Below, in pieces: positions 35,086 to 44,910 of a stretch of DNA of 64,000 nucleotides. Below the pieces are notes generated by a model. It saw only the letters and a list, made by a program, of their open reading frames with translations, was not told the DNA's origin and ran no database searches. Source of the stretch: Patescibacteria group bacterium. GTDB lineage: Bacteria > Patescibacteriota > Patescibacteriia > 2-12-FULL-57-11. Made by a program: the position numbers and the translations under genes. Position 1 is the first letter of the stretch; each line of letters starts with the position of its first letter. Location: NCBI GenBank assembly GCA_004297205.1, contig SCUL01000001.1:93862-157861 (forward strand), in the 5' to 3' direction.

Positions 35086-37744
35086 TCACGGCGCGCCGCC
35101 GGAGGGAAACGCCGAATGTTCATCAATCAACTCGCCGGGGGACGGCAGTCCAAGTTCTTCGTCGATGGTGGTCTCCGAGGGAACCGGCTCGACCGTGGCC
35201 ACGTCGGCGACGTTCTGCCCGATGACGTAGTCGCCGAAGAAGATCGTGTTCACGAGCCACACGCTCGTCTGCGCCCAGGTGGGACCGAACAAGGCCTGCA
35301 GCACTCCCTCGGAAATCACGCGGCGCAACGTCCGTTGCTGGGCCACGAGATGATACTCGAGCGTGGTGCGGACCTGGACGGCGCGGCCGGGACGGATCGT
35401 GACGTTTTGGCCCACCGGAAACCGCGCCAGATGGTAATTCGGCCACGTGCGGATCTGCGGGGCGTCGCCGAACCAGGAAACGAGCACGGACGGTTCCGGA
35501 AAGGTATGCCGCTTGAAGTCGGTGCCGATGTAGGCGACCTGTCCGGATTGGCCGCGGACCAGGTCGCCCGGATGCGGGTGGTAGACCTTTTCGACGGAAC
35601 AAATCTCGGGATAGGCGTCGAGGTCGAAGGACCATTCCTCTCCGACGGCTCCGCTGACGTCCGTCCACAGGGGGAGGTCGTCGACAGCGAGGTCTCCCGC
35701 AAACACCACAGCGCGCAGCGCGTAGGCGGCGGTCGAGGTGGCGGACGGGATGTGGGCGTACGCCTTGCTCTCGAAATGTTCGATGTGGACGATGACATCC
35801 TCGAACTGCCCGTCGCCGTCGGCGTCGAACGCGTACGACGTCTCCGACGCGGATACCGACTCCACCCGGACCGCCGCCGAACCCGGCTTCAACGCGCGGC
35901 CGTCGGGAAACACCAGATACGGCAGGACCGCGGCATGGGCGAAGTCGGCGATGCAGGCCTCGTCCAGTTCGGGCGCGACGATGCGGCCTTCGCGCAGTTC
36001 GTGCTCGTGCGGTGGTGCAGCGCAGTTGTTCGTGAGGTCGACGCGGATGGACTCCGATTGCACGGGCGAAACGTCGTACGACGGACTGCGGAATTGAAAG
36101 TACGTGCTGTAGTTGCCGTCTTCCGCCGGGAACTCCACGTCGGTGTCCGCCATGACGCCGTCGAAGTTCAGCCAGGGCAGGTTCTCCAGATCGCTCGTCG
36201 GGCCGACGCGATACCACGCGGCGCTGTGGGCATGAATATGCAGTGTCGCCGTCGCGTCCGGACTGCAGCCGCCCTCGAGGTAGTAGGCTTCGATCTCCGT
36301 CGGCGCGGAGCCTTCCGGTTCGGTGACGCGCGGTTGCGGCGGAGGTTCCGGAGCCGGCGGCGAACTGACCATGACGGCGTCCACATCGTCGTCGATGCCG
36401 ACGGCGCCATCCGGTGCGGCCGCGTTGTCCGAGACGGTGACGGTCCAGTCGCCGGCCGTCTCATCGGCGTACCAGAACGCCGCGCTCGAAGCACCGGGGC
36501 CGATGGTCCGCGAGGTGATGGCGGAACCGCCGGATGCGGCGTCATAGAAATGCGGACCGGAACCCGATGAATCGGTGTACAGGGAGACGGTGTCAGACCC
36601 CGTGGTCACCGGGTCGCCGTCCTGGTCGACGCGGGAGACGGCGTACGCGAGGCGCGTCCCGGCGGTCATGTCGCCGGGGTCGGTGAGCTGGAACGCGACG
36701 ACGTCATTGAGGTCGCTGGAAAGGATGGCAACTTTGGCGTTATCGTAATTTGCTACGGCAAGATCGACATCATTGTCCCCGTCAAGATCAGCGGGAAAAG
36801 CGGACCACGGACCGCTGCCCGCCGAATACTGCACGGCTGCGGCGAAGGTGCCGTTGCCGTTGTTGAGGAGGACGGAGACGTTGTCACTGTCATAATTCGC
36901 CGTGACAAGATCGCGGTCGCCGTCGCCGTCGAGATCGGCGGTGAAGACCGAGGGAGGATGGGTTCCCACGGCGTAGTTCACGGGCGAAGCGAACGTGCCG
37001 TCGCCGTTGTTGAGGAGGACGGAGACGTTCGTTATGGTTGTCGTAATTCGCGGTGGCGATATCGACGTCGCCGTCGCCGTCGAGATCGGCGGCGTCGAGC
37101 GCGATGGGATATGCGGTGATTCCGTAATGCACCGCCGCGGCGAAGGTGCCGTCGCCGTTGTTGAGGAGGACGGAGACCGACGCACCGAAATAATCCGCGA
37201 CGACCAAATCCTGGTCGTTGTCCCCGTCAACATCGACGGTCTGGACGGACGCCGGTACGTCCAGCACTCCGTACGCCACCGCCGCGGCGAAGGTGCCGTC
37301 GCCGCTGTTCAGAAGAACGGAAACGCTGTCGCTCATGAAATTCGTGGCGGCCAAATCGAGATCGAAATCGCCGTCGAGATCGGCGGCGAAGACCGAACTG
37401 GGCCTGCTCCCCACGGCGTAATTCACGCTGGCGGCGAAGGCGCCGTCGGCGTTGTTGAGGAGAACCGAAACGGTATTGCTGTTATAGTTCGCGACCGCCA
37501 GATCACGATCGCCGTCGCCGTCGAGATCGGCGGCGAAGACCGAGCGAGGATTGTTGCCTACATCGTATGAAATGGGAGACCCGAAAGCCGCGTAGCTTGC
37601 TTGGGGAGCAAGCAGCACGGAAATGGTGAACAGAGCCGTACTGGATACAAACCCAACGAGCATGCCGACGGCGACGCGTCCGACGCGCGAAACATCCTTC
37701 TTGGCACGGAAACGACGCGTCCGTTTGGCATGTGGTCGGGACAT
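35086..37744 (-). pseudogene. FG-GAP/VCBS repeat surface protein (~886 aa) broken by a +1 frameshift near 37033. Either a pseudogene or a sequencing error.
   Basis: Track ORFs 36890..37822 and 35086..37233 are two frames of one repeat protein (DLDGDGDRDLAVANYNSNTVSVLLNN...). At ~37030 the sequence reads aaccataacgAacgtctcc. Deleting one A restores ...ANYDNHNDVSVLLNNGDGTF. Confidence 0.6.
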
Positions 37745-37962
37745 ATGCAGATGCCGAGTGCCGCAGCGGCGCCTTCCGCCAGGGCGTCCCATTCCTAGGA
37801 TGAACAATCCACCGGACAACACGTCTCTTTGGTCTCTCGCATTCTATCACGAATCGGCATTCTCATGAAAAACGCCAGGTGCCGGTTCTCGCACCGTCGC
37901 GTACCCCGTGTTGAACCAAACTCCGTGCCGCCGTATATAGTGGAGGCGTACCCAGGAGGACT

Positions 37963-38550
37963 GTGGCACACACAACGGCCAGCCAACACGCATTTGCGAC
38001 GGTGTTGTACGACACCCTGTTCGGGCTCGTGTTGTTCTTCAGTCTCGACTCTTTTTTGACCATCTCGGAGCCCGCGCACTTCCTCTTCTTTCTGTTCGCC
38101 ACGGCCGTGCTGGTCCACTGGTGGCTCATGTTCAAGGCCGCCGAAGACGAGTTCGGCAACGAATTCCGCACCGCGGCGGTTCATTTGGTGCTCAACCTTG
38201 CCGTCATCCTGCTGCTGGAGTTCTTCATCCTGAACGCGCGCACCTTCCATTACCTGGCTGCGGCGCTGTTCATGCTGGCGGTGTTCTGCGTGGACCTGGC
38301 GTGGGCCGGACTCGCCTTGCGCGCGCATCGCTTCAAAGCGAAGGGCCGGAGACTGGCCGCCATGCGCACGGAACTGCGCTCCATCATCGCGACCGACGCG
38401 CTTGTCGTCGCCTTGCTCGGTGCCCTGACCGCCGCCGCCTTCCTGTTCCCCCTGCCGCCGCTCGTCTTCGTACTCGGCTTCGTCGCCATCTACTTGTTCT
38501 ACATCCAGCTCAGTTTCAAGTTCCAGATCATCGACCTGAAGGCGTTCTAG
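37963..38550 (+). CDS. hypothetical membrane protein (195 aa)
   Basis: GTG start with AGGAGGA 4 nt upstream, and several TM helices. Confidence 0.6.
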   Translation: MAHTTASQHAFATVLYDTLFGLVLFFSLDSFLTISEPAHFLFFLFATAVLVHWWLMFKAAEDEFGNEFRTAAVHLVLNLAVILLLEFFILNARTFHYLAAALFMLAVFCVDLAWAGLALRAHRFKAKGRRLAAMRTELRSIIATDALVVALLGALTAAAFLFPLPPLVFVLGFVAIYLFYIQLSFKFQIIDLKAF

Positions 38551-38584
38551 AACATGGTGCGCGGAGGGTGGCGAGCGGCAGCAT

Positions 38585-40510
38585 TCAAACGGAAACTGCA
38601 GCCAAGGCGCCCTCGGCCATGGCGTCCGTCACCCGTCGCGGCTGTTTGGCGTCGCCCACGACCTGCAGCGAGCGCACCTTCCCCCGGAGTTCCGCGGCGA
38701 CGCCGTCATTGGGCGTGGCGCCCAGGCAAAGGACGACGGTATCCGCGGGCAACGTTCTTGGACCATGCGGACCCTCGACCGACACCGTCTGCGGGCCGAC
38801 GGCCATGACCTTGGTGTCCGTCAGGATGGCGACGTGGTGTTTTTTCAAACGTCCGAGCAGCAGGGCCCGGTCGTCGACCGGCCCGTCGGCGGCGACGGCG
38901 CCGCCGGCTTCGACGATCGTCACGCGATGCCCGTCGGCGGCGAGCGCCTCGGCCGTCTGCGCGCCCATGCAGCCGCCGCCCGCCACGACGACGCGGCCGG
39001 TCGCGTTCACCCAGCCTTCCAGCAGGTCGCGCGCAATGACCACGTTGGTCCGACCGACGCCCGGGATGTTCGGCCGGTTTGGCACGGACCCGATGGCGAT
39101 GATCGCGGCGTCGTACTGCCCCGCGCGGACGGCGCCGGGAACGAACTCGGCGTTCAGCCGGACCGTGATCGGCAGGCGCTTCACGTCCCGGACCAACGCA
39201 TCCCGCAATTCCGACCAGCCTTGGCGGTGCGGAGCCACCGCGGCGGCGGCCAGCTGCCCGCCGAGTTGTCCGTGCTTCTCGTACAACGTCACTGTGTGTC
39301 CGAGTTCCGCGGCCGTGCGCGCGGCGGACAATCCGGCCGGTCCCCCGCCGACCACGAGCACGCGTCTCTTCGTTTTGGGCTTCTTGGCGAATTGCCGTTC
39401 CCGCCCGTTGGCCGGATTCACGGTGCACCAGACGTCCTGCTGCGCGAACAACCGGCTGATGCAGCCCTGGTTGCAGGCGATGCAGGGCATGATTTCGCCG
39501 AGCCGCCCTTCGCGCACCTTGTTCGGCCACTCGGGGTCGGCGAGCAACGTTCGTCCGACGGCGATGAAATCAGCCTTCTTCTCTTTGATCGCGCGCTCTC
39601 CCGTCTCGGCGGACCGAATTTTTGCAACAGCAATGACAGGTATCTTCACGGCCTTTTTGACGCCCGCCGCGAGATGCAGCAGCGGGGCATCCGGCACGGC
39701 CATGGGCGGGATCATCATGCCGCGCGCGTAGGAGGCGTAGTTGCCGGCGGAAATGTGGAGCGCGTCGGCGCCGAGGTCCTGCAGCCGCTGGGCGATGCGG
39801 ACGGTGTCGGACAAACGGATGCCGCCCGCAACGAGCTCGTCGCCCGACAAGCGGACCGCGACCGGATAGCGTCCGCCGACGGCGCCGCGCACCGCGGCCA
39901 TGACCTCCGCCAGGAACCGGATGCGGTTGTCGAAACCGCCGCCGTAGCCGTCGGTGCGCCGGTTCGAAAACGGCGAGAGGAACTGCGTGATGAGGTAACC
40001 GTGGGCGCCGTGGACCTCCACGAAGTCCAGTCCGGCCTTTTTGGCGCGCAGCGCCGCGGCCCCGTAGGCGCGCACCAGCGACGTGATTTCCGCCGCGGTC
40101 AGCTCGTGCGGAATCTCGTTGACCGTGGGGTCCGGCAGCGGCGAGGGCGCTACCGGCTGCCTTCCCGTGGTCTTCGCGGACGTCTGCCGGCCGGCGTGGT
40201 AGAGCTGGATGCCGATCTTGGCGCCGTGGCGATGCGCCGCCGCGGCGAGTTTGCGCAGTCCCGGCACCATCGCATCGCTGTGGATGCCGAGCTCGTTGAC
40301 GAATCCCTTGCCGTCGGGACGGATGAAGCTCGCCTCCAAGATCATCATGCCGATGCCGCCGCGCGCCACCCGTTCGATGTGGTCGACGTAGCGCGGCGTG
40401 ACGCGACCGCGCGCGTCCGCATAGTTGCGGACCATGGGCGGCATGACGAGACGATTTTTGAGCGTCATCGTGCCGATGCGTCCTTGGCTGAACAGCGTGT
40501 GGAAGGACAT
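38585..40510 (-). CDS. NADH:flavin oxidoreductase (Old Yellow Enzyme domain) fused to an FAD/NAD(P)-binding domain (2,4-dienoyl-CoA reductase-like)
   Basis: N-terminal TIM-barrel OYE motifs (GRIGTMTLKNRLVMPPM, HGAHGYLITQFLSP), a Cys cluster CIACNQGC, and a C-terminal VLVVGGGPAGLSAA Rossmann fold. Confidence 0.8.
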   Translation of the reverse strand: MSFHTLFSQGRIGTMTLKNRLVMPPMVRNYADARGRVTPRYVDHIERVARGGIGMMILEASFIRPDGKGFVNELGIHSDAMVPGLRKLAAAAHRHGAKIGIQLYHAGRQTSAKTTGRQPVAPSPLPDPTVNEIPHELTAAEITSLVRAYGAAALRAKKAGLDFVEVHGAHGYLITQFLSPFSNRRTDGYGGGFDNRIRFLAEVMAAVRGAVGGRYPVAVRLSGDELVAGGIRLSDTVRIAQRLQDLGADALHISAGNYASYARGMMIPPMAVPDAPLLHLAAGVKKAVKIPVIAVAKIRSAETGERAIKEKKADFIAVGRTLLADPEWPNKVREGRLGEIMPCIACNQGCISRLFAQQDVWCTVNPANGRERQFAKKPKTKRRVLVVGGGPAGLSAARTAAELGHTVTLYEKHGQLGGQLAAAAVAPHRQGWSELRDALVRDVKRLPITVRLNAEFVPGAVRAGQYDAAIIAIGSVPNRPNIPGVGRTNVVIARDLLEGWVNATGRVVVAGGGCMGAQTAEALAADGHRVTIVEAGGAVAADGPVDDRALLLGRLKKHHVAILTDTKVMAVGPQTVSVEGPHGPRTLPADTVVLCLGATPNDGVAAELRGKVRSLQVVGDAKQPRRVTDAMAEGALAAVSV

Positions 40511-40605
40511 AGCTCCTGTGGTTTGCCCGCACTCTACCATGCTTGGCATTTCCCACGAAGAATGCCAGGATGCCGCCGCATCTTCACGGGGAAGATGCGG
40601 AGGGA

Positions 40606-42255
40606 ATGTTCTTGTCAGTCACATCAGGCAACGTGCACCGCTTCCCGTGGGCCGCCGGAAACGACGCCCAGATCCTGATCGTCCAGATGGGCTCCAAGTC
40701 CACCCCGACGATCAAGGAGCTGCTCATGAAGATCGGCTTCCGAAGCCGGGTCGTCGGGTGGCGGGAACTTCCGGACGTCTGGGCGCGGCAGGACCTCAAG
40801 CCGAACCTGGTCATCCTCTCCGGAGGCGAGCAGAGCGTCTACGACCCGGACGCGCCAGGCATGTCCGCCGAGCTCTTCCGGGCCATCATCCGGGAGTCGG
40901 TCATCCTCGGGATCTGCTACGGCGCCCAGCTGCTCGCGCAGCTCGGCGGAGGCGAGGTGCGCAAGGCGGCCAAGCCGGAAGTCGGCATGGTCGACGTCCG
41001 CGTCAAGAGTCCGCTCGGCCATTACAAGGGCGGAACCGTGGTCATGAACCATGGCGACGAGATCGTGCGGATGCCGGCCGACTGGAAGGTCGTCGGCTCC
41101 ACGCAGGACTGCGCGCACGCCCTGTGCGTCAGCCCGCGCGCCGTGGCGGTCCAGTTCCACCCGGAGATGGACCACACCGAGGGCGGGAACCACCTGCTCA
41201 AGTACGTGGCCAAGGCGATCGCCGACTGCCGCACCGACTTCTCCTTCCAGCCGAGCACCTTCATCACGGAGGCGGGCCGCTGGCTGCGGGAGACGATCCC
41301 GACCGGTCACGTCGTCTGCGGCGCTTCGGCCGGCGTCGACTCCACGTCGGCGCTGCTCATCGGCCGCCAGGCCTACGGCACGCGCATCCATGGCGTCTAC
41401 GTGGACAACGGGCTGATGCGCGAGGGCGAGACGGACGAAGCGCGCGGCATCTACGGAGCCGCGGGCATGACCTATGTCGACGCCCGCGAAGTGTTCTACG
41501 ACGCGCTCGAGGCCATTCCGTACCCCGCGGACGGCCGCCCGGCGCAACGCGAGAGCGCGTACTTCAAGGAAGTGCGCGCGGTGGTCGGCAAGACCTTCAT
41601 CGAGGTCTTCGCCCGGCAGACGCGGGTCATGGAGCTCCCCTTCCGGGCGCTCATGCAGGGCACCAACCGCGCCGACATCGTGGAGTCGGAGACGGGGCTC
41701 AAGGCGCACCACAACGTCGGGGCGCTGCCGCTCCGGCTCATGGAGGAGTTCGGCCTCGACGTCATCGAGCCGCTGGCCGACCTCTTCAAGTACCAGGTCC
41801 GGGAGGTCGCCGAGGCGCTCGGCCTGCCGGAGGAGGTGGCACGGCGCCAGCCGTTCCCCGGTCCGGGGCTCTCACTCCGGCTGTGGGGCAAGATCGACCG
41901 TTCGATCTTCCCGCCGCTGGCGCGCGCCAACCGGATCCTCCACGAGGTGGTGGTCAAGCACTACCCGGCGTTCAACCGGCGCCCGCACCAGTACTACGCG
42001 GCGTTCATGCCGCTGCCGTCGGTGGGGATCATGGGCGATGGGCGCGTCTCCGGTTACGGCTGGTGGATCCGCCTCGTCTCGGCCCGCAACCGGGAGAACT
42101 ACTCCTCGATCGGGAACTTCCTAGCCAGCGCCAAGTTCTACGCCGAGCTCACCCAGCGCCTGACGACCGAGACGCGCATGCCGGACGGCACGCCGTTCAT
42201 CCGGGTGGCGCAGGAGATGACGCCGAAGCCCCCGTCGACGACCGAGCTGCACTGA
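40606..42255 (+). CDS. guaA: GMP synthase (glutamine-hydrolysing)
   Basis: GATase domain (ILGICYGAQLL, HPE) and the ATP-PPase motif CGASAGVDSTS. The start is uncertain; candidates are 40543 (TTG), 40570 and 40606. Confidence 0.8.
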   Translation: MFLSVTSGNVHRFPWAAGNDAQILIVQMGSKSTPTIKELLMKIGFRSRVVGWRELPDVWARQDLKPNLVILSGGEQSVYDPDAPGMSAELFRAIIRESVILGICYGAQLLAQLGGGEVRKAAKPEVGMVDVRVKSPLGHYKGGTVVMNHGDEIVRMPADWKVVGSTQDCAHALCVSPRAVAVQFHPEMDHTEGGNHLLKYVAKAIADCRTDFSFQPSTFITEAGRWLRETIPTGHVVCGASAGVDSTSALLIGRQAYGTRIHGVYVDNGLMREGETDEARGIYGAAGMTYVDAREVFYDALEAIPYPADGRPAQRESAYFKEVRAVVGKTFIEVFARQTRVMELPFRALMQGTNRADIVESETGLKAHHNVGALPLRLMEEFGLDVIEPLADLFKYQVREVAEALGLPEEVARRQPFPGPGLSLRLWGKIDRSIFPPLARANRILHEVVVKHYPAFNRRPHQYYAAFMPLPSVGIMGDGRVSGYGWWIRLVSARNRENYSSIGNFLASAKFYAELTQRLTTETRMPDGTPFIRVAQEMTPKPPSTTELH

Positions 42256-42290
42256 ACCGACCGGGAACAGTGCGGCGGCTGCGCAGCAAT

Positions 42291-42312
42291 GCGCGGCTTC
42301 TTTTTTTATCCA
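42291..42312 (+). terminator. T-tract terminator-like element gcgcggcttctttttttatcca downstream of guaA. It is repeated identically after prs.
   Basis: 22-nt identical copy at ~43444-43465. Confidence 0.4.
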
Positions 42313-42393
42313 CCGACCATGGACGGGACGGCACGGTTTTTTGTAGGATGCGGCCGCGCCTTCATGGAGAAGGCGCGGGAGAGCGAGGGAGTG

Positions 42394-43410
42394 ATGAACG
42401 AAATTCTGGTCTTTTCAAACACGGCCGCCCACGCGCAGGCGCGACAGGTCATCGCCGCAAGCGCCGCGGCGGGGATGAACGGCTCCCTCACGCCCGGGAA
42501 GGCGGAGGTCGGCTTCCACAACGACGGCGAGCCCTGGGTGGAGATCCTCTCCCAGGTGCGCGGTCGCGATTGCGTCGTGATCGCGACGATCGCGCCGTTC
42601 GCGCAGGGGTCGGTCCGCCACAGCGTCAACGACATGGCCATGCAGATGCTGATCCTGCTCGATGCGCTGCGCAACGCCTCGGCGCGCATCGTGACGGTGG
42701 TCTTCCCCTACCTCGGGTATCTGCGGCAGGACCGCCGCAGCGGCAAGGTCACCCACCGCACCGCGGTGAGCGCCCGCGTCATCGCCGAGGCCGTGGAGGC
42801 CGTCAACCACCGGACGCCGCACGCCTGCGCCGTGGAAATCCACGCGCTGCAGGTCGAGGCGTTCTTCCGCACGATGTCCTTCGAGAACATCCCGGCGCTC
42901 CGGACCATCGCCGACCAGCTGCCCGCCGAGGCCCACCGCAACGCGGTGGTCGTGTCCCCGGACCGCGGGGGCGTGGACCGTGCCGCGGCGCTCAAGGAGC
43001 ACCTTGGGCTCCAGGACCTGGCGATCGTCTACAAGTCGCGCATCGAGCCGGGCAAAGCCAAGGCCGAACGGATCGCCGGCGACGTCCGCGGCCGCGACGT
43101 CATCGTCGTGGACGACATGATTGACACGGCGGGAACGCTGGTCTCGGCCGCGTCGTTCCTGCGCGCGGAAGGTGCCGCCCGCATCACGGTCGCCGCCTGC
43201 CACGGGCTGTTCTCCGGTCCGGCGCTCGAGCGCATCGCAGCCTCCGACATCGACCGCATCTACGTGCTCGACACGGTGCCGCCGGCGCCGGGGGTCGCCG
43301 AACACCCCAAAATCACCGTGCTGCCGGTGGCGCCGCTGCTGGCGCGCGCCATCCGGTCCATCCGCCAGGGCGAGTCCCTGCGCAGCCTCGGCAAGTCCGA
43401 ACCCCGATAG
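42394..43410 (+). CDS. prs: ribose-phosphate pyrophosphokinase
   Basis: VVVSPDRGGVDRA and VDDMIDTAGT (PRPP-binding). The start is at the internal Met, with GAGGGAG 4 nt upstream. Confidence 0.9.
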   Translation: MNEILVFSNTAAHAQARQVIAASAAAGMNGSLTPGKAEVGFHNDGEPWVEILSQVRGRDCVVIATIAPFAQGSVRHSVNDMAMQMLILLDALRNASARIVTVVFPYLGYLRQDRRSGKVTHRTAVSARVIAEAVEAVNHRTPHACAVEIHALQVEAFFRTMSFENIPALRTIADQLPAEAHRNAVVVSPDRGGVDRAAALKEHLGLQDLAIVYKSRIEPGKAKAERIAGDVRGRDVIVVDDMIDTAGTLVSAASFLRAEGAARITVAACHGLFSGPALERIAASDIDRIYVLDTVPPAPGVAEHPKITVLPVAPLLARAIRSIRQGESLRSLGKSEPR

Positions 43411-43443
43411 TCCGCCCCGCCGCCGCGGGACCGCCGTGCATCT

Positions 43444-43496
43444 GCGCGGCTTCTTTTTTTATCCAAAAACAAAACGCGACCCACACGGGTCGTGTT
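43444..43496. terminator. bidirectional terminator region: second copy of gcgcggcttctttttttatcca, plus a hairpin GCGACCC-acac-GGGTCG followed by a T-run on the minus strand
   Basis: Lies between convergent prs (+) and the NUDIX gene (-). Confidence 0.5.
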
Positions 43497-43499
43497 CGG

Positions 43500-44084
43500 T
43501 CAGGCGGCGACCGGATGCCAGACGTGCATGTGCTCCGCTGTCGGCGCGGCGCCGGTGGTCGAAGCCGCGGTGATGGCGGCGCGCATGCAGGCGTAGTCCG
43601 TAAGGAAGCCGTGGGTTCCCGCTTTCCAAGATTCGCCGGATGCGGATCGGCGCACGACCTCTTCCGGCCCGCACCACGCGAAGCGTTCCACCTCGCCCGG
43701 CTGCGGCGCGAAGGCCTCGACCGGCAGGTCCAACACGGCGACGAATTCCCGCATCCACAACCGCACTTCCGGGACGCGCGTGGTGCGCCAGGCGACGAGC
43801 GGCAGATGCGCCAGACGGATGCCAGCCTCCTCCTCGATCTCCTTGCGGGCGTTGCTCTCGTACGTCTCGCCCACGGCGACGTGGCCGCCGAGATGCGTCA
43901 TCCACGTTCCGGGTAGGCGTTCCTTGCCGAAAGAACGCTGGTGGCAAAGCACCTCCCCGGCATGATTGAGGATGAAGATGTTGGTGGAGCGGCACCAGGC
44001 GCGCTGGGCGATGGCATCCGCGCGCGGCAAACACACGCCGGTGCTCTGACCGGTGTCGGCGTGGACGATTTCAAGCATTTCCAT
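43500..44084 (-). CDS. NUDIX hydrolase
   Basis: Nudix box GGHVAVGETYESNARKEIEEEAGI. Start at the internal Met MEMLEIV. The upstream part of the track ORF is probably not translated. Confidence 0.7.
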   Translation of the reverse strand: MEMLEIVHADTGQSTGVCLPRADAIAQRAWCRSTNIFILNHAGEVLCHQRSFGKERLPGTWMTHLGGHVAVGETYESNARKEIEEEAGIRLAHLPLVAWRTTRVPEVRLWMREFVAVLDLPVEAFAPQPGEVERFAWCGPEEVVRRSASGESWKAGTHGFLTDYACMRAAITAASTTGAAPTAEHMHVWHPVAA

Positions 44085-44277
44085 ACGGGCGATAAAACAA
44101 AAGACTCTTCCCTGCCGGAAAAAGTCCCTTGCGGGGATCAAGCGGCTGGGTCCGCTTGTCCCAAGATCTTCCGCCATTTCACTCGGGTTGGGCAGATGCC
44201 CAAACCCGCGAAGATGCGTCAATCTTGTGGCAAACGGTTATCCGGAAGATAGCACGTCTGCCGGCCTTTTGCAAGGC

Positions 44278-44766
44278 CTATTCCACGGTCACCGCCGTGA
44301 CCATGCCCATGGCGCGGTGCACGCCCACGGAGCAATACGCCTCGAACGTTCCCGTCTTGTCCGGGGTGAATTCGACCGTCTCCGATTCGCCGGCCTTCAG
44401 CTTCTTCGTGGCCACGCCGAACTCGTCGAGCCGGAAGTCGTGCATGCCCTCGTTGTTCACGAAGGTCAGGCGGACCTTCTGCCCGCTCTTCAACGCCAGC
44501 GTCTTGGTGGAGAAGGCGAAGTTATCGCCGACAATGACCACTTCGCGCACGTCCTCGGCGTCCACGGCATCCGACGGCGGCGCCGTCTCCACCGGTGCGG
44601 CGGCGGCGCCCCCCGTGTTCGTCCCCTGGCCGGACCGCGGCAAGGCGCTCCCAATGTCGGCCTGCGCAGCCTCCGACGCGGGCGCCGGCGTCCGGGTCAG
44701 ATAAAATCCGCCGGCGGCGAAGACGGCGAAAACGAGAACAACGGCCGCGGCAATCTTGATGGACAT
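44278..44766 (-). CDS. cupredoxin-like (type 1 copper, plastocyanin/amicyanin-like) protein with an N-terminal TM/signal anchor
   Basis: Candidate copper ligands H(DF)...CSVGVHRAMGM, which is a C-x-x-H-x-x-x-M spacing. Start at the internal Met MSIKIAAAVVLVF. Confidence 0.6.
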   Translation of the reverse strand: MSIKIAAAVVLVFAVFAAGGFYLTRTPAPASEAAQADIGSALPRSGQGTNTGGAAAAPVETAPPSDAVDAEDVREVVIVGDNFAFSTKTLALKSGQKVRLTFVNNEGMHDFRLDEFGVATKKLKAGESETVEFTPDKTGTFEAYCSVGVHRAMGMVTAVTVE

Positions 44767-44792
44767 AGCCGGAGAGAAAAATGACGGCCCTA

Positions 44793-44809
44793 TACTACAA
44801 ATTGTAGTA
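44793..44809. promoter_or_regulatory. perfect inverted repeat TACTACAA-a-TTGTAGTA in an AT-rich divergent intergenic region. Candidate operator.
   Basis: 8-bp arms. The core TACA-N3-TGTA resembles CopY/BlaI-family boxes (TACAnnTGTA). It lies next to a TATACT -10-like hexamer. Confidence 0.4.
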
Positions 44810-44910
44810 AACACGCACAACGCACGGTCTGTGGATAGCTTGGCGCGTGGACGACATATGTACACGAAGCATCGGGGGCGGTTACACTGCTCCTCCACGC
44901 ACTATCTCCT

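Noticed and set aside
38765-40678. 637-aa plus-strand ORF and the 40425..43124 899-aa ORF
   Set aside because: They are antisense to the OYE-type reductase, or out of frame over guaA/prs. Composition is R/G/P/A-rich.
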